A DNA stretch of 64,000 nt from an uncultured bacterium (GTDB lineage Bacteria; Fidelibacterota; Marinisomatia; Marinisomatales; UBA1611), in contig CALSPG010000006.1 of the NCBI GenBank assembly GCA_943788175.1, forward strand, positions 64,001-128,000. Direction: 5' to 3'. Each line of letters opens with the position of its first letter. The stretch's first letter is position 1. A model generated the notes under the pieces. That model was not told the DNA's origin and did not search any database. It saw only the letters and a list, made by a program, of their open reading frames with translations. Position numbers and translations under genes: made by a program. Below, piece after piece: positions 8,649-18,783 of this stretch.

Positions 8649-10634
8649 TTAAAATATGGCACTGTAGGAAAGTTTTAGCCCATCGTTAAATGGTTGTAAT
8701 ATTCTACAAATTCCGTTACTACAAACCAAGCCACCTTGAATAGACCCATAAAGAAATGAAATCCGCTGAGTTGATGAAAGATTATATGAAAATTCTAAAG
8801 ACACCCATTTATTCTTAGTAAATGGTGGTGGATTATTATCATTTCTCTGTCCTTTGAAATATTTTACGTCTCCATATATAAACGCTTCAAGAGGATTATA
8901 CTTTGGGTCAATAGTAATAATTTCTTGAACATTTGTCCAATCATAGTTTAGAGTAAGTGCCCACTTTGAAGCTTTACCAATTGATAATGAAAACATCCTA
9001 TTAATTTGAAAAGGTGTTTCGTTTGGGTAATTACTAGTAGTCTCATTGCTGGAGAGATTAGGATTAGTCTCATCATTTAATATCCATGTAGAATCGGCAT
9101 AATTATAGAACCCACCAGCATTTCCTTTTTTTACATTATTTTTATATCTTTCTTGATATGCAAGACCAAGTCCTATTGAATAGCCATTATTTAATGAGAG
9201 TGTAAAATCAATGGGAATTGTAAATGATTTTGATTTTTGATAAAGCATAGTCTCTATCTGATTTGTTGTGGTGTCCATGCTAACTATTTGAGAGTCTAAA
9301 TAGAACCAATCTTCTCCGTACCATATCGAATCAGTATACGTCCAATTTTCTGAAATAGTGTTAGAGAGACCTTTGAAAAACCTATTTACTTTAGTGACTT
9401 CCTCATTTGTTCCGATTGCTGTTTTGAACTGCAGTCTATTATTTAAAAGATAACCATTTAGTTCAGCATAAAACTCTAAGTAGGGTAATGCACTAAAATT
9501 AGTTGTCGGCAGGAGACCAGATATGTTTTTTCTATTCCATTCAATCGGACTTATAGATTCCCAAGTATCGTTTCTACTTAAATGAGAAAATTGTGTCACA
9601 ACTTGAAAACCATTCGACAAACCACCAGATAGCTCGACTTGATAACCGCGCTCATCATTTGCGTTAGTTTGATGAGCAGCTCTACCCAAAAAACTATGAT
9701 TTTGTTCGCGATATAGAATTGGCATAACCTGATAATCAATTCTATTACCATAATTATTTATAATATAATCAGTATCAACAGGGTTAAGTCTATCAAAACT
9801 ATACCGTTTGTATTCAAAGAACAAAGACCAGTTCCCTACATAATAATTTGAATTAAAATAAGCAGCTGAACCTCTTTTTAATGGCGTAAGTGATTCTATC
9901 TCTTGCCCTGAAAAATTAGTTTGGAAGGTTCTACTTTTTGATTGTTTGTCCATATATTCTATAAAAATATCCATATTAGACCCAAACCAAGATATATATG
10001 CCCCATGCAATCTATGATTAATATCCACAGTATCCATCACGCCAAGAGGTTTCAATTGATGAAGTTCATTTGACTGTAAAAAAGACAACCCATAACTAAA
10101 AGGGTAAGCCTCAAAATTAATGTTCGTGGCATCAATATTGTGGGTAAACTCAAACTCTGGGTGCCTCAGGTCAGCACCGAGTTGAGCATTCACAGTCTCT
10201 CCGCTCATTTGAGTCACACTAATATTGTCAGATTGATAATTAATCAGATAGCCTCTAGAACTATTGTCAAAATCAATACCCTGATCATCTAATTGGGCAA
10301 GTACTAAACCCCTTCCCCATACCTCATAAATATCACCATATTTTATTGACCATGGACCAGAACTATATTCAATTCGGTACTTTCTTAAATCTTTAATCGA
10401 AAATCCTAATTCTGGAGGATCTGAATATTCATATTGCAACCATGCCGAGAAATTGTTTTTAAAAAAATTAAGATCCATACGGTTTTCCATATAGGTAAAG
10501 TCATCATAGCTATCACCGAAATTCATGACAATACCCGCATTATAATTCCAAAAATCTAAATCAAAAACTGAGAAGGCGTCTTGTTCAGATTGAATAAGAA
10601 AAGGGAAAACAGCTAATAAAAATTTTTTGTACAT
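8649..10634 (-). CDS. Outer-membrane beta-barrel protein, DUF6029-like
   Basis: Signal peptide; GDIYEVWGRGLVL; aromatic-rich strands; C-terminal GGLVCSNGICRILQPFNDGLKLSYSAIF ending in Phe. Family name from recall. Confidence 0.75.
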   Translation of the reverse strand: MYKKFLLAVFPFLIQSEQDAFSVFDLDFWNYNAGIVMNFGDSYDDFTYMENRMDLNFFKNNFSAWLQYEYSDPPELGFSIKDLRKYRIEYSSGPWSIKYGDIYEVWGRGLVLAQLDDQGIDFDNSSRGYLINYQSDNISVTQMSGETVNAQLGADLRHPEFEFTHNIDATNINFEAYPFSYGLSFLQSNELHQLKPLGVMDTVDINHRLHGAYISWFGSNMDIFIEYMDKQSKSRTFQTNFSGQEIESLTPLKRGSAAYFNSNYYVGNWSLFFEYKRYSFDRLNPVDTDYIINNYGNRIDYQVMPILYREQNHSFLGRAAHQTNANDERGYQVELSGGLSNGFQVVTQFSHLSRNDTWESISPIEWNRKNISGLLPTTNFSALPYLEFYAELNGYLLNNRLQFKTAIGTNEEVTKVNRFFKGLSNTISENWTYTDSIWYGEDWFYLDSQIVSMDTTTNQIETMLYQKSKSFTIPIDFTLSLNNGYSIGLGLAYQERYKNNVKKGNAGGFYNYADSTWILNDETNPNLSSNETTSNYPNETPFQINRMFSLSIGKASKWALTLNYDWTNVQEIITIDPKYNPLEAFIYGDVKYFKGQRNDNNPPPFTKNKWVSLEFSYNLSSTQRISFLYGSIQGGLVCSNGICRILQPFNDGLKLSYSAIF

Positions 10635-10673
10635 TGTTGTATAATGATAAAAATAAAAATTTTGTTAAAATAA

Positions 10674-11189
10674 TTAATCCTTTTTTAAGGATAATAGAAG
10701 ACTTTCAATCTGTTCTTTAATTTCTAATTCTTCTCCAGGCATATACCCTTGATGTCGCCACTTTACTGTTGCATCTTTATTAACAAGAATCAGATTTGGC
10801 ATTATTTGGCCATTTAGCTTTTTTGAGATTTGCTGATTAGGGTCTATGCTTACTAAAAAATCGTAACCCTTACTATTTATATACGCTTTGACTTTACCTA
10901 AGCTCCTTGGTGTGTCTTGGTTTATCATTACTACTGTTAAACCCTGGTTTTTGTAATCATTATGATATTTGTTTAGATGCTTCATTACTTGCTTGCAAGG
11001 TTTACACCAAGTCGCCCAAAAATCAAGCAAAACAGGACCAGTCTTTAAAAGCTTATACAATGTAGTTTTTTTCCCATTTAATAATTTTAGATCAATGTTT
11101 GGGATTTTACCAAGCGATACATTATCTTGGCTATAAATAGATATCATATTGAAAGATAAAATAAGAATTATTAATTTTATTTTCTTCAT
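10674..11189 (-). CDS. TlpA-family periplasmic thiol-disulfide oxidoreductase
   Basis: LLDFWATWCKPC, cis-Pro loop IMPNLILV, signal peptide. Confidence 0.92.
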   Translation of the reverse strand: MKKIKLIILILSFNMISIYSQDNVSLGKIPNIDLKLLNGKKTTLYKLLKTGPVLLDFWATWCKPCKQVMKHLNKYHNDYKNQGLTVVMINQDTPRSLGKVKAYINSKGYDFLVSIDPNQQISKKLNGQIMPNLILVNKDATVKWRHQGYMPGEELEIKEQIESLLLSLKKD

Positions 11190-11192
11190 ATG

Positions 11193-12503
11193 CTAAAGCA
11201 CAGGCTCCAAAAAATTTTTTAATTCATTTTCATTTATAAACTTCAAACTTACATTGCTTAGATTTTCAACATCGGACATCGGAAGAATAAATTCATATTT
11301 TGCATGAATATTTACTGTCTCCATAGCAACCTGTAAGGACCATCCCCCGACTGTAAATTGAATCATTGGTGTAAACTGGTTTTCTGGAAGGTATAATACT
11401 TTTTCGCTCTTTTTAGAGTGCCATTGCTCTTCAGGAGTATCAGCAACTATTACAATTGGAGTACCTTCTTTATTGAAAAATCTAATTACAGGAACGGTAC
11501 GATGACTGCCTGAAATGATACGATTTGTTAGCTCATCAGAAAGGTTAAATGATTCTTTGCTAAAATAAAAAATTGTAAGACTTCCATTCTGTTCAATTCC
11601 TGTATATGGAAGAGTGTTTAACATTTCCTTAATTATTTCATCTTTAAGAGAATATGTAACATGAAATTGAACAGTGATATAACTGTCATCATCTTTATGA
11701 TAGATAAAGCTGGGTTTTTTCATTTCAACATCATAAGGGTTATCTATCAATTTATTTAAAACATCTTTAAGCAATTCAGTGTTTGGTTTTAAATCAGGAT
11801 CTTCTTCTACTAACTGATTTGCAGAAAAATCCATTGTCCACTCACCACCGTTATCAAAAAGGGTTACATCATTCTTAGATGTTAAGTTTTGATTTTCTTT
11901 TAAACCTAAAAGAACATCCATAGACTCTTCAAGTTTTTTAAATTCCTGGCTCAAGTTTTTTGTTACCATTTCAGACTTAACTGTTACTGGATCACGAGTC
12001 ATAGCAGGTTTAGGATCAATAAATTTTGGTAACACTACCCCTACACTATGTTTCTTATTTGGAAGATATGAAATTATCATCGAGCGTATATTATCACTAA
12101 CCTCATTTTTCATTTTACTTATATCACTATATTCAGCAGAGATATCCTTTGACTCTATTTGATCCCAAGTTGCTAAGTCAATTAATTGGACGGATACATT
12201 AATTTTTTCTAACTGCCTTGAATATTTTCCTAGAAGTAGAAGGTTTCTTGAGGAAATAGGTTGTTTAAGCATAAGTGATCTATCGTTCATAATGACTTCA
12301 AGATCTTGCTTGTTTTGAATCAATAAACCTGGTTCATTTTTAAATTTATTACTAACCATATCAGATAACCCTGATGCAATCCATTCAATAGTCGGATCAT
12401 CTTTTAGATTATCAAAAGGTATTACATAAAAATACACTATAGGCTGCCTAGCAGCAAGCGTAGCTAAAAAAAGTAATAATGTTAGAGTTTTCCGCATCCT
12501 CAT
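11193..12503 (-). CDS. Exported hypothetical protein with TolB-N/CsgG-like N-terminal domain
   Basis: Signal peptide; VIPFDNLKDDPTIEWIASGLSDMV...LLGKYS...VSVQLIDL pattern; 3 nt from the TlpA gene. Confidence 0.65.
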   Translation of the reverse strand: MRMRKTLTLLLFLATLAARQPIVYFYVIPFDNLKDDPTIEWIASGLSDMVSNKFKNEPGLLIQNKQDLEVIMNDRSLMLKQPISSRNLLLLGKYSRQLEKINVSVQLIDLATWDQIESKDISAEYSDISKMKNEVSDNIRSMIISYLPNKKHSVGVVLPKFIDPKPAMTRDPVTVKSEMVTKNLSQEFKKLEESMDVLLGLKENQNLTSKNDVTLFDNGGEWTMDFSANQLVEEDPDLKPNTELLKDVLNKLIDNPYDVEMKKPSFIYHKDDDSYITVQFHVTYSLKDEIIKEMLNTLPYTGIEQNGSLTIFYFSKESFNLSDELTNRIISGSHRTVPVIRFFNKEGTPIVIVADTPEEQWHSKKSEKVLYLPENQFTPMIQFTVGGWSLQVAMETVNIHAKYEFILPMSDVENLSNVSLKFINENELKNFLEPVL

Positions 12504-12564
12504 TTATTTGTTTGTTCTCTCAATATAGTATTGTTTATACAAGAGTATCAATGTATATATTCAT

Positions 12565-14235
12565 TTAACGATTTATCTTTGCCCAGGAATCACGAAGCGA
12601 AACGGCACGATTGAAAATTAAATTTTCTTTTTTTGAATCTTTACTGTCTAAAACAAAATACCCAGTTCTTTCAAACTGATAAATGCAATTACTATCAGCA
12701 GAAGCTAAGGAAATTTCAAGTTTTGCATTTTTAATAGTTTTTAGACTTTCAACATTTAAATTTTTTACAAAGTCGCCTCCGGCTTCTGGGTTTTCATCAT
12801 TGAATAATCTATCATATAGTCGAATATCTGCCTCAATAAATTCACTTGCGCTAACCCAATGTAAGGTTCCTCTAACTTTTCTGCCATCCTCAGACATTCC
12901 ACCTTTTGTTTCCGGGTCATACGTACAATGTAATTCTACAACATTTCCATCGCTATCTTTTACCACATCATTACAAGTAATATAGTATGCAAATTTCAAC
13001 CTCACTTCCCTACCAAAACTGAGTCTAAAAAACTTTTTAGGAGGTTCTTCCATAAAATCATTTCTATCAATAAATATTTCTTTTGAAAATGCGATTTTTC
13101 GTTTACCTGCGCTTTCGTCTTCAGGATTATTTTTTGCATCTATATATTCAAGTTTATCATCAGGGTAATTCGTGATAATAATTTTTATAGGATCTAATAC
13201 TCCCATTACTCGCGGTGCTTTCTTATTAAGGTCCTCCCGAAGAGCATTTTCTAATTTAGCAACGTCGACAATTGCATCTCTTTTTGTTACTCCAATTTTA
13301 TCAGAAAAGTTTCTGATTGATTCTGGTGTATATCCTCTTCTTCTTAAACCCGAAACTGTAGGCATTCTAGGATCACTCCAGCCATCTACATGCCCCTCAT
13401 CAACAAGCCTCTTTAATTTACGTTTACTCATTATTGTAAAATTTAAGTTCAACCTCGCAAATTCAATTTGTTGAGGATGATAAACACTTAAACGATCTAA
13501 ATACCAATCATAAAGAGGACGATGATCTTCGAATTCTAAAGTGCAAACAGAATGCGTTATCTTCTCAATTGAATCCTCTAATCCATGTGCCCAGTCATAC
13601 ATAGGATATATACTCCAATTATTACCAGTCCTATGATGACTAGAATGCAGTATACGGTACATAATTGGGTCTCTCATATTCAAGTTTGAATGACGCATAT
13701 CTATCTTCGCACGAAGTGTTTTTTCACCATCTGCGAATTCACCTGCTTTCATTTTTAGGAATAATTCTATATTTTCTTTAATAGATCTCTCCCGGAAAGG
13801 ACTTTCTGAACCGGGCTTAGTTAAAGTGCCTCTCAGGTTTCTAACCTCTTCGAAGCTAAGGTCACATACAAATGCATTGCCCTGTTCAATTAGAATCAAT
13901 GCATAATTATACATTTTTTCAAAATAGTCTGAAGCAAACAACGGTTCTTTTTCCCATTGAAAACCTAGCCATTTGACATCTTCGATGATTGAATTTACAT
14001 ATTCAGAATCTTCTTTTAATGGGTTTGTATCATCGAATCGAAGGTTGCATTTACCCTGATATTTTGTTGCAAGACCAAAGTTCAGACAAATTGATTTAGC
14101 ATGCCCTATATGCAAATAGCCATTGGGTTCAGGAGGAAACCTGGTATGCACCCTATTTCCCCATTTACCAGAAGCATTGTCATCATCAATAATTTTTGTA
14201 ATAAAATTCTCTTGAATAAGTTTATCTTGGGTCAT
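12565..14235 (-). CDS. glnS: Glutamine--tRNA ligase
   Basis: [43 protein letters not shown]. Confidence 0.97.
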   Translation of the reverse strand: MTQDKLIQENFITKIIDDDNASGKWGNRVHTRFPPEPNGYLHIGHAKSICLNFGLATKYQGKCNLRFDDTNPLKEDSEYVNSIIEDVKWLGFQWEKEPLFASDYFEKMYNYALILIEQGNAFVCDLSFEEVRNLRGTLTKPGSESPFRERSIKENIELFLKMKAGEFADGEKTLRAKIDMRHSNLNMRDPIMYRILHSSHHRTGNNWSIYPMYDWAHGLEDSIEKITHSVCTLEFEDHRPLYDWYLDRLSVYHPQQIEFARLNLNFTIMSKRKLKRLVDEGHVDGWSDPRMPTVSGLRRRGYTPESIRNFSDKIGVTKRDAIVDVAKLENALREDLNKKAPRVMGVLDPIKIIITNYPDDKLEYIDAKNNPEDESAGKRKIAFSKEIFIDRNDFMEEPPKKFFRLSFGREVRLKFAYYITCNDVVKDSDGNVVELHCTYDPETKGGMSEDGRKVRGTLHWVSASEFIEADIRLYDRLFNDENPEAGGDFVKNLNVESLKTIKNAKLEISLASADSNCIYQFERTGYFVLDSKDSKKENLIFNRAVSLRDSWAKINR

Positions 14236-15635
14236 AATTGTTTAAACTCCAAAATATTTTCTAATCTTTTGCTGCATACTTCTTTTCCTAAAATTTCCAT
14301 AAAGTCTGGCATTGAAGGGCCAACCAGTTCACCTGCAAGTGCCAGCCTTAAAGGTTGCATCAGCCTCCCCATGCCAATCGATAACTCTTCAACGCATTGA
14401 CGAATTAAGTCATCAATTGTTTTAACATTCCATTCATCAAGTTTTTTTAATTTTGAAAGAAATTGATCTAAGATACCACTGGTATCCTCCTTCCAACATT
14501 TTTTTAATGCATTTTCATCAAAACCTGTTGGGTCTTTAAAAAAATAAGAATGGTCTTTGACGTCTGATAATGTTTTTAATCTATCTTTTATTAATTCAAT
14601 AACCTTAACTAAAAAGTCATTGTTGCGATTATAAGAAGACCAAGATGAATCAAAATCATTTATTAGCTCTAAAAGCTCTGAAGACTTTTTGGCCAGAATT
14701 TTCTGAGAACTTACCCAATCAAGTTTTGTCATATCAAATACTGCAGATTTTTTATTTACGTTTTGAATTGAAAAATTATTTATCAAATAGTTAATATCAA
14801 AAATTTCATCATTGTTACCAGGATTCCATCCTAATAGAGCTAGATAATTAATTAATGATTCAGGTAAATAGCCCATATTTTTAAATGTTTGAGTTCCTAC
14901 TGCACCATGCCGTTTGCTTAAACGTTTACCATCAGAACCAAGAATCATTGGCAAATGTCCAAATAACGGTAAATCCCATCCTAGTGCATTATAAATTAAT
15001 ATTTGTTTGGGTGTGTTCGAGATATGATCCTCACCTCTAATTACATGACTAATATTCATATCATTGTCGTCTACGACTACCGTTAAATTATATGTTGGAC
15101 TCCCATCTGACCTGGCTATAATAAAATCATCTAATTCAGATATCTTAGTTGTAATAGTTCCATATACCTCATCTTTGAAGCTAACTACACCGTCTTCTGG
15201 AACACGAAGTCTAAGAGTAAATGGTACATTATCTTTGAGCTTCTTATCAATATCCTCCTTTTTTCTATCTCTCCAAATGCCAGGGTAAAGAAATATTTTA
15301 TCATTATCTCTTAATGCTTGCAGCTCGTCATTAGTAGCAAAGCACCTATATACTTTACCACTTTTTAGGAGGGATTCGATAACCTCATTGTATCTTTTTC
15401 CTCTCGATGATTGAGCAATTGGCTCTTCATCATAGTCTAATCCAAGCCATTTTAATGATTCTAATATTTGTGCAGTATATTCTGCTTTGGATCTTTCCTT
15501 ATCGGTGTCTTCAATTCGGACTAAAAATTTGCCGTCATGTCGTTTAGCAAATAAATAGTTAAAAAGAGCGGTGCGAACTCCACCAATGTGAAGCTTTCCG
15601 GTCGGACTTGGCGCAAACCTAACGACAGGGTTCAT
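14232..15635 (-). CDS. gltX: Glutamate--tRNA ligase
   Basis: [35 protein letters not shown] overlap with glnS. Confidence 0.97.
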   Translation of the reverse strand: MNPVVRFAPSPTGKLHIGGVRTALFNYLFAKRHDGKFLVRIEDTDKERSKAEYTAQILESLKWLGLDYDEEPIAQSSRGKRYNEVIESLLKSGKVYRCFATNDELQALRDNDKIFLYPGIWRDRKKEDIDKKLKDNVPFTLRLRVPEDGVVSFKDEVYGTITTKISELDDFIIARSDGSPTYNLTVVVDDNDMNISHVIRGEDHISNTPKQILIYNALGWDLPLFGHLPMILGSDGKRLSKRHGAVGTQTFKNMGYLPESLINYLALLGWNPGNNDEIFDINYLINNFSIQNVNKKSAVFDMTKLDWVSSQKILAKKSSELLELINDFDSSWSSYNRNNDFLVKVIELIKDRLKTLSDVKDHSYFFKDPTGFDENALKKCWKEDTSGILDQFLSKLKKLDEWNVKTIDDLIRQCVEELSIGMGRLMQPLRLALAGELVGPSMPDFMEILGKEVCSKRLENILEFKQL

Positions 15636-15695
15636 AGGATTTAAAAATTATAACTTAAAAAAAAATAGGACATAGCACACAATAAATAAAGATTG

Positions 15696-15784
15696 TGGAG
15701 GGGGAGGGATTCGAACCCCCGGAGGGTATAAACCCTCGCTGGTTTTCAAGACCAGTGCATTCAGCCAGGCTCTGCCACCCCTCC
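15696..15784 (-). tRNA. tRNA-Ser(TGA)
   Basis: GGAGGGGTGGCAGAG...CTGGT-CTTGAAA-ACCAG, long variable arm GAGGGT-TTAT-ACCCTC, GGTTCGAATCC; CCA not encoded. Confidence 0.96.
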
Positions 15785-15927
15785 TAATCAAATATTTCAG
15801 TTTTATTATAGATAAACTTAATTATTTATTCTTATCAGTACTTATTAATTAATAAAATTTTTACCAGCTCAAATTTGATATAATATTAATTAAATCATTT
15901 TAAAAACTACCAAAATAGGATGAAGAT

Positions 15928-16068
15928 TTATTTTTCTCCATAAAGCCCCTTAAAACCAGACTCCAAAAAAATATCAAACCAGCCAGTGTAATACATATAG
16001 ATATACAGGCTAAGTCCGAATAAAAATAAACTACTTAATAAGATGATAATAAACTTTTTCCCACTCAT
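15928..16068 (-). CDS. Small single-pass membrane protein (46 aa), not in ORF track
   Basis: MSGKKFIIILLSSLFLFGLSLYIYMYYTGWFDIFLESGFKGLYGEK; fills an otherwise empty gap in the local gene orientation. Confidence 0.5.
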   Translation of the reverse strand: MSGKKFIIILLSSLFLFGLSLYIYMYYTGWFDIFLESGFKGLYGEK

Positions 16069-16145
16069 TTTATAAACTCAGCATCAATAAAAGAAATAGT
16101 TAATAATTAAAAGCAATAGAAATTTAACGTATTGAAAAGGCGATG

Positions 16146-18173
16146 TTATTTAAGGCCATCTCTTTTCAAAAGAGGTTCAGTTAGTGGCTCTCTACCTCTA
16201 AATGCTTTAAATAAAATCATGGGATGATCTTGATTACCCTTAGATAATATATTTTCCCGAAAAGATTCTGCCGTTTCACGATTAAAAATCCCTTCTTCTT
16301 TAAACTTCTCAAATGCATCTGCTTCGAGCACTTCAGCCCATTTATATGAATAATATCCAGCAGAGTACCCTCCTGCAAAGATATGACCAAAACTACAAGA
16401 TGTAGATGCTCCTTTAATTGGGCTGAGCAAAGAAGTTTTACTTATTGCTTTATTTTCAAAATCCTCAACATCATCAACATCATTATCCTGACCGTACCAA
16501 GCCATATCAAGGTATCCTAAAGACAATTGTCTTAAGTAAGCGGTTGCGGATAAGAAGTTTTTAGAACTTTTAATTTTCTCAATTAGATGGTCTGGAATTA
16601 ATTCACCGGTCTCATAATGGTGCGCAAAAATCTGTAGTGTTTCTTTTTCGGCAACCCAGTTTTCCATTATTTGAGATGGGAGTTCAACAAAATCCCAAAA
16701 AACAGATGTGCCACTAATTGAAGAATAATCAGAATTTGAAAGAAGACCATGCAAACAATGGCCAAATTCATGAAATATAGTTTCGACTTCCCTGAATGTG
16801 AGTAATGACGGTTTTGATGCTGTTGGTTTTGTAAGATTACATGTAAATGTTACATGTGGCCTTTCTATTTTTCCATTATGCATCCCTTGAGACCTTAGTT
16901 CATTCATCCATGCTCCAGAACGCTTTGTTTCTCTAGGAAACAAGTCTTCATAAAGTATGCCAACATGCTCTTTTTTCTCTGAAATTACTTCATAGACATT
17001 TACATCCTCATGGTATGTTTGAACATTATCCAGAAGTTTAAAATCTAAGCCATACAATTTTTTAGCCACTTCAAAAACACCATTTATCACATTTTCAGAT
17101 TTAAAATACGGCCTTAGAACATCATCATCGAAATCGTATAGTTTCTGTTTTAATTTTTCACTGTAATAAGCAAAATCCCATTTTTGAAGATTTTTTATTC
17201 CATCAAGTTCAAAAGCAATTTTTTTGACTTCCTCAAGTTCTGTTTTGGCTAATTCAAAACAAGACTCATACAAATCATTTAAAAAGTTCATGATATTATC
17301 TTGGTTTTCAGCCATACGTTTTTCCAAGATATAATCAGCAAAATTATCAAAACCCAACAAACGAGCTCTTTTATGTTTTAACTTGACAATTTTTTTAATT
17401 ATCAAAGTATTATCAAAATCATCCCCATTACACTTCCTGCTAAACGCGGACATAATTTCTTTTCTTAATTTTCTATTATCAGAAAAAGTTATAAAGGGTT
17501 GAAAGCTTGGCATCTGGAGGGTTATCAACCACTCATTTGGTTTTCCTTTATTAGTAGCTTCAGTCTTTGCAGCGTTTATAGCTATTTCAGGAAGCCCACC
17601 CAAATCCTCTTCTTTGAGCCATAACTCATATGAATTTGTCGCATTTAGATTATTATTTTGAAACTGAGGTGCTAAAGTAGATAATTCAGCATCTAGTTTT
17701 CGAAGTTTTTCCTTTTCATCTTTTCCTAGAGTTGCACCGTTTCTAATAAACTCTTTATACCATACTTCTGTAAGCTTTTTATCTTGCTTTTTTATACTTG
17801 GACTCATTTGATCGAAAACAGACTTCACCCTCTTAAAGAGTTCTCCATCGAGCATGATATCATTATTGTATTTTGCTAAGATTGGGCTTATTTGACTGGC
17901 TAGAGCTTGAAAGTCCTTATCTGATTCTGATCCAAAAAGATGAAAATATACTGTGCTTACTTTATTCAATTTTTCTGATGACATTTCTAAAGCTAATATT
18001 GTGTTCGAAAAATCTGCAGGATTAGGGTTTTCCGTTATTTTCTCAATATTCTGCACTGCTTCCTCAAGACTAAATTGTATAGCAGACATGAAGTCACTTG
18101 TTTTAATATCTTCAAAGGGAACGGTATCAAAAGGTTGTTCATTTTCTTTTAAGAGAGGGTTGTCGGCAATCAT
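16146..18173 (-). CDS. dcp: M3 family metallopeptidase (peptidyl-dipeptidase Dcp-like)
   Basis: FHEFGH, WDFVELPSQ, GGYSAGYYSYKWAEVL. Confidence 0.9.
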   Translation of the reverse strand: MIADNPLLKENEQPFDTVPFEDIKTSDFMSAIQFSLEEAVQNIEKITENPNPADFSNTILALEMSSEKLNKVSTVYFHLFGSESDKDFQALASQISPILAKYNNDIMLDGELFKRVKSVFDQMSPSIKKQDKKLTEVWYKEFIRNGATLGKDEKEKLRKLDAELSTLAPQFQNNNLNATNSYELWLKEEDLGGLPEIAINAAKTEATNKGKPNEWLITLQMPSFQPFITFSDNRKLRKEIMSAFSRKCNGDDFDNTLIIKKIVKLKHKRARLLGFDNFADYILEKRMAENQDNIMNFLNDLYESCFELAKTELEEVKKIAFELDGIKNLQKWDFAYYSEKLKQKLYDFDDDVLRPYFKSENVINGVFEVAKKLYGLDFKLLDNVQTYHEDVNVYEVISEKKEHVGILYEDLFPRETKRSGAWMNELRSQGMHNGKIERPHVTFTCNLTKPTASKPSLLTFREVETIFHEFGHCLHGLLSNSDYSSISGTSVFWDFVELPSQIMENWVAEKETLQIFAHHYETGELIPDHLIEKIKSSKNFLSATAYLRQLSLGYLDMAWYGQDNDVDDVEDFENKAISKTSLLSPIKGASTSCSFGHIFAGGYSAGYYSYKWAEVLEADAFEKFKEEGIFNRETAESFRENILSKGNQDHPMILFKAFRGREPLTEPLLKRDGLK

Positions 18174-18218
18174 TTTTTTCCTTTTTTTTAAATAATTATT
18201 ATAATTCTATGTATTAAG

Positions 18219-18306
18219 TGGAGAGACAGGGATTCGAACCCTGGTTACGCTATAAACGTAAACACGCTTTCCAAGCGTGCGCCTTAAGCCACTCGGCCAC
18301 CTCTCC
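18219..18306 (-). tRNA. tRNA-Ser(GGA)
   Basis: GGAGAGGTGGCCGAGTGG...CACGC-TTGGAAA-GCGTG, long variable arm, GGTTCGAATCC; CCA not encoded. Confidence 0.96.
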
Positions 18307-18335
18307 AAAAAATTACTAGTAAAATTTAATATAAT

Positions 18336-18362
18336 AAAAAAACCCCAACTAAATGCTGGGGT
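18336..18362 (-). terminator. Rho-independent terminator after the DUF4295-like gene
   Basis: Minus strand ACCCCAGC-ATTTA-GTTGGGGT followed by a T tract. Confidence 0.85.
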
Positions 18363-18394
18363 CTTTAATCTTACTGCAAAGTTAATTTAATAGC

Positions 18395-18712
18395 TTATTC
18401 TTCTTCACCCTTAGCATCAGGGACCGTTGCGACGTCACTTTCATTATTGCTATCAGCGACATCCTCTTTCTTGTCATCCTCATTAGATACAAAACCAGAA
18501 AGATCAATATCTACAAGATTGCTCGCTTCATCCATACGCTTCAGAGCAGCATTTAAGTCTTCGCCTTCACGAACTTTAATCATTTGCTCATTAAATCTCC
18601 AGAAACCTGTTTTTTCAGATTTAACACTTTTTACATACTTAACCATTGTAGCATCAGCATCTCCGCCTCTACCACTTGCCTTATCAGCAAAACTCTTTTG
18701 TTTTTTAGCCAT
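18395..18712 (-). CDS. DUF4295/bL38-like small protein with acidic C-terminal tail
   Basis: MAKK...MVKYVKSVKSEKTGFWRFNEQMI resembles (by recall) the Bacteroidota DUF4295 pattern KxIKxVKSxKTGAYxF. Confidence 0.55.
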   Translation of the reverse strand: MAKKQKSFADKASGRGGDADATMVKYVKSVKSEKTGFWRFNEQMIKVREGEDLNAALKRMDEASNLVDIDLSGFVSNEDDKKEDVADSNNESDVATVPDAKGEEE

Positions 18713-18783
18713 TTTATTATTATCCTAAAATTTTTACGCTGACAAATTTAATTCTTAAATGTAGGAAGTCCAATGGGTTAGAA

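Noticed and set aside
15696-15784. Long-variable-arm tRNA as possible tRNA-Sec
   Set aside because: Anticodon is TGA (reads Ser UCA), not TCA, and the acceptor stem is a normal 7 bp. No sel genes are in this window.
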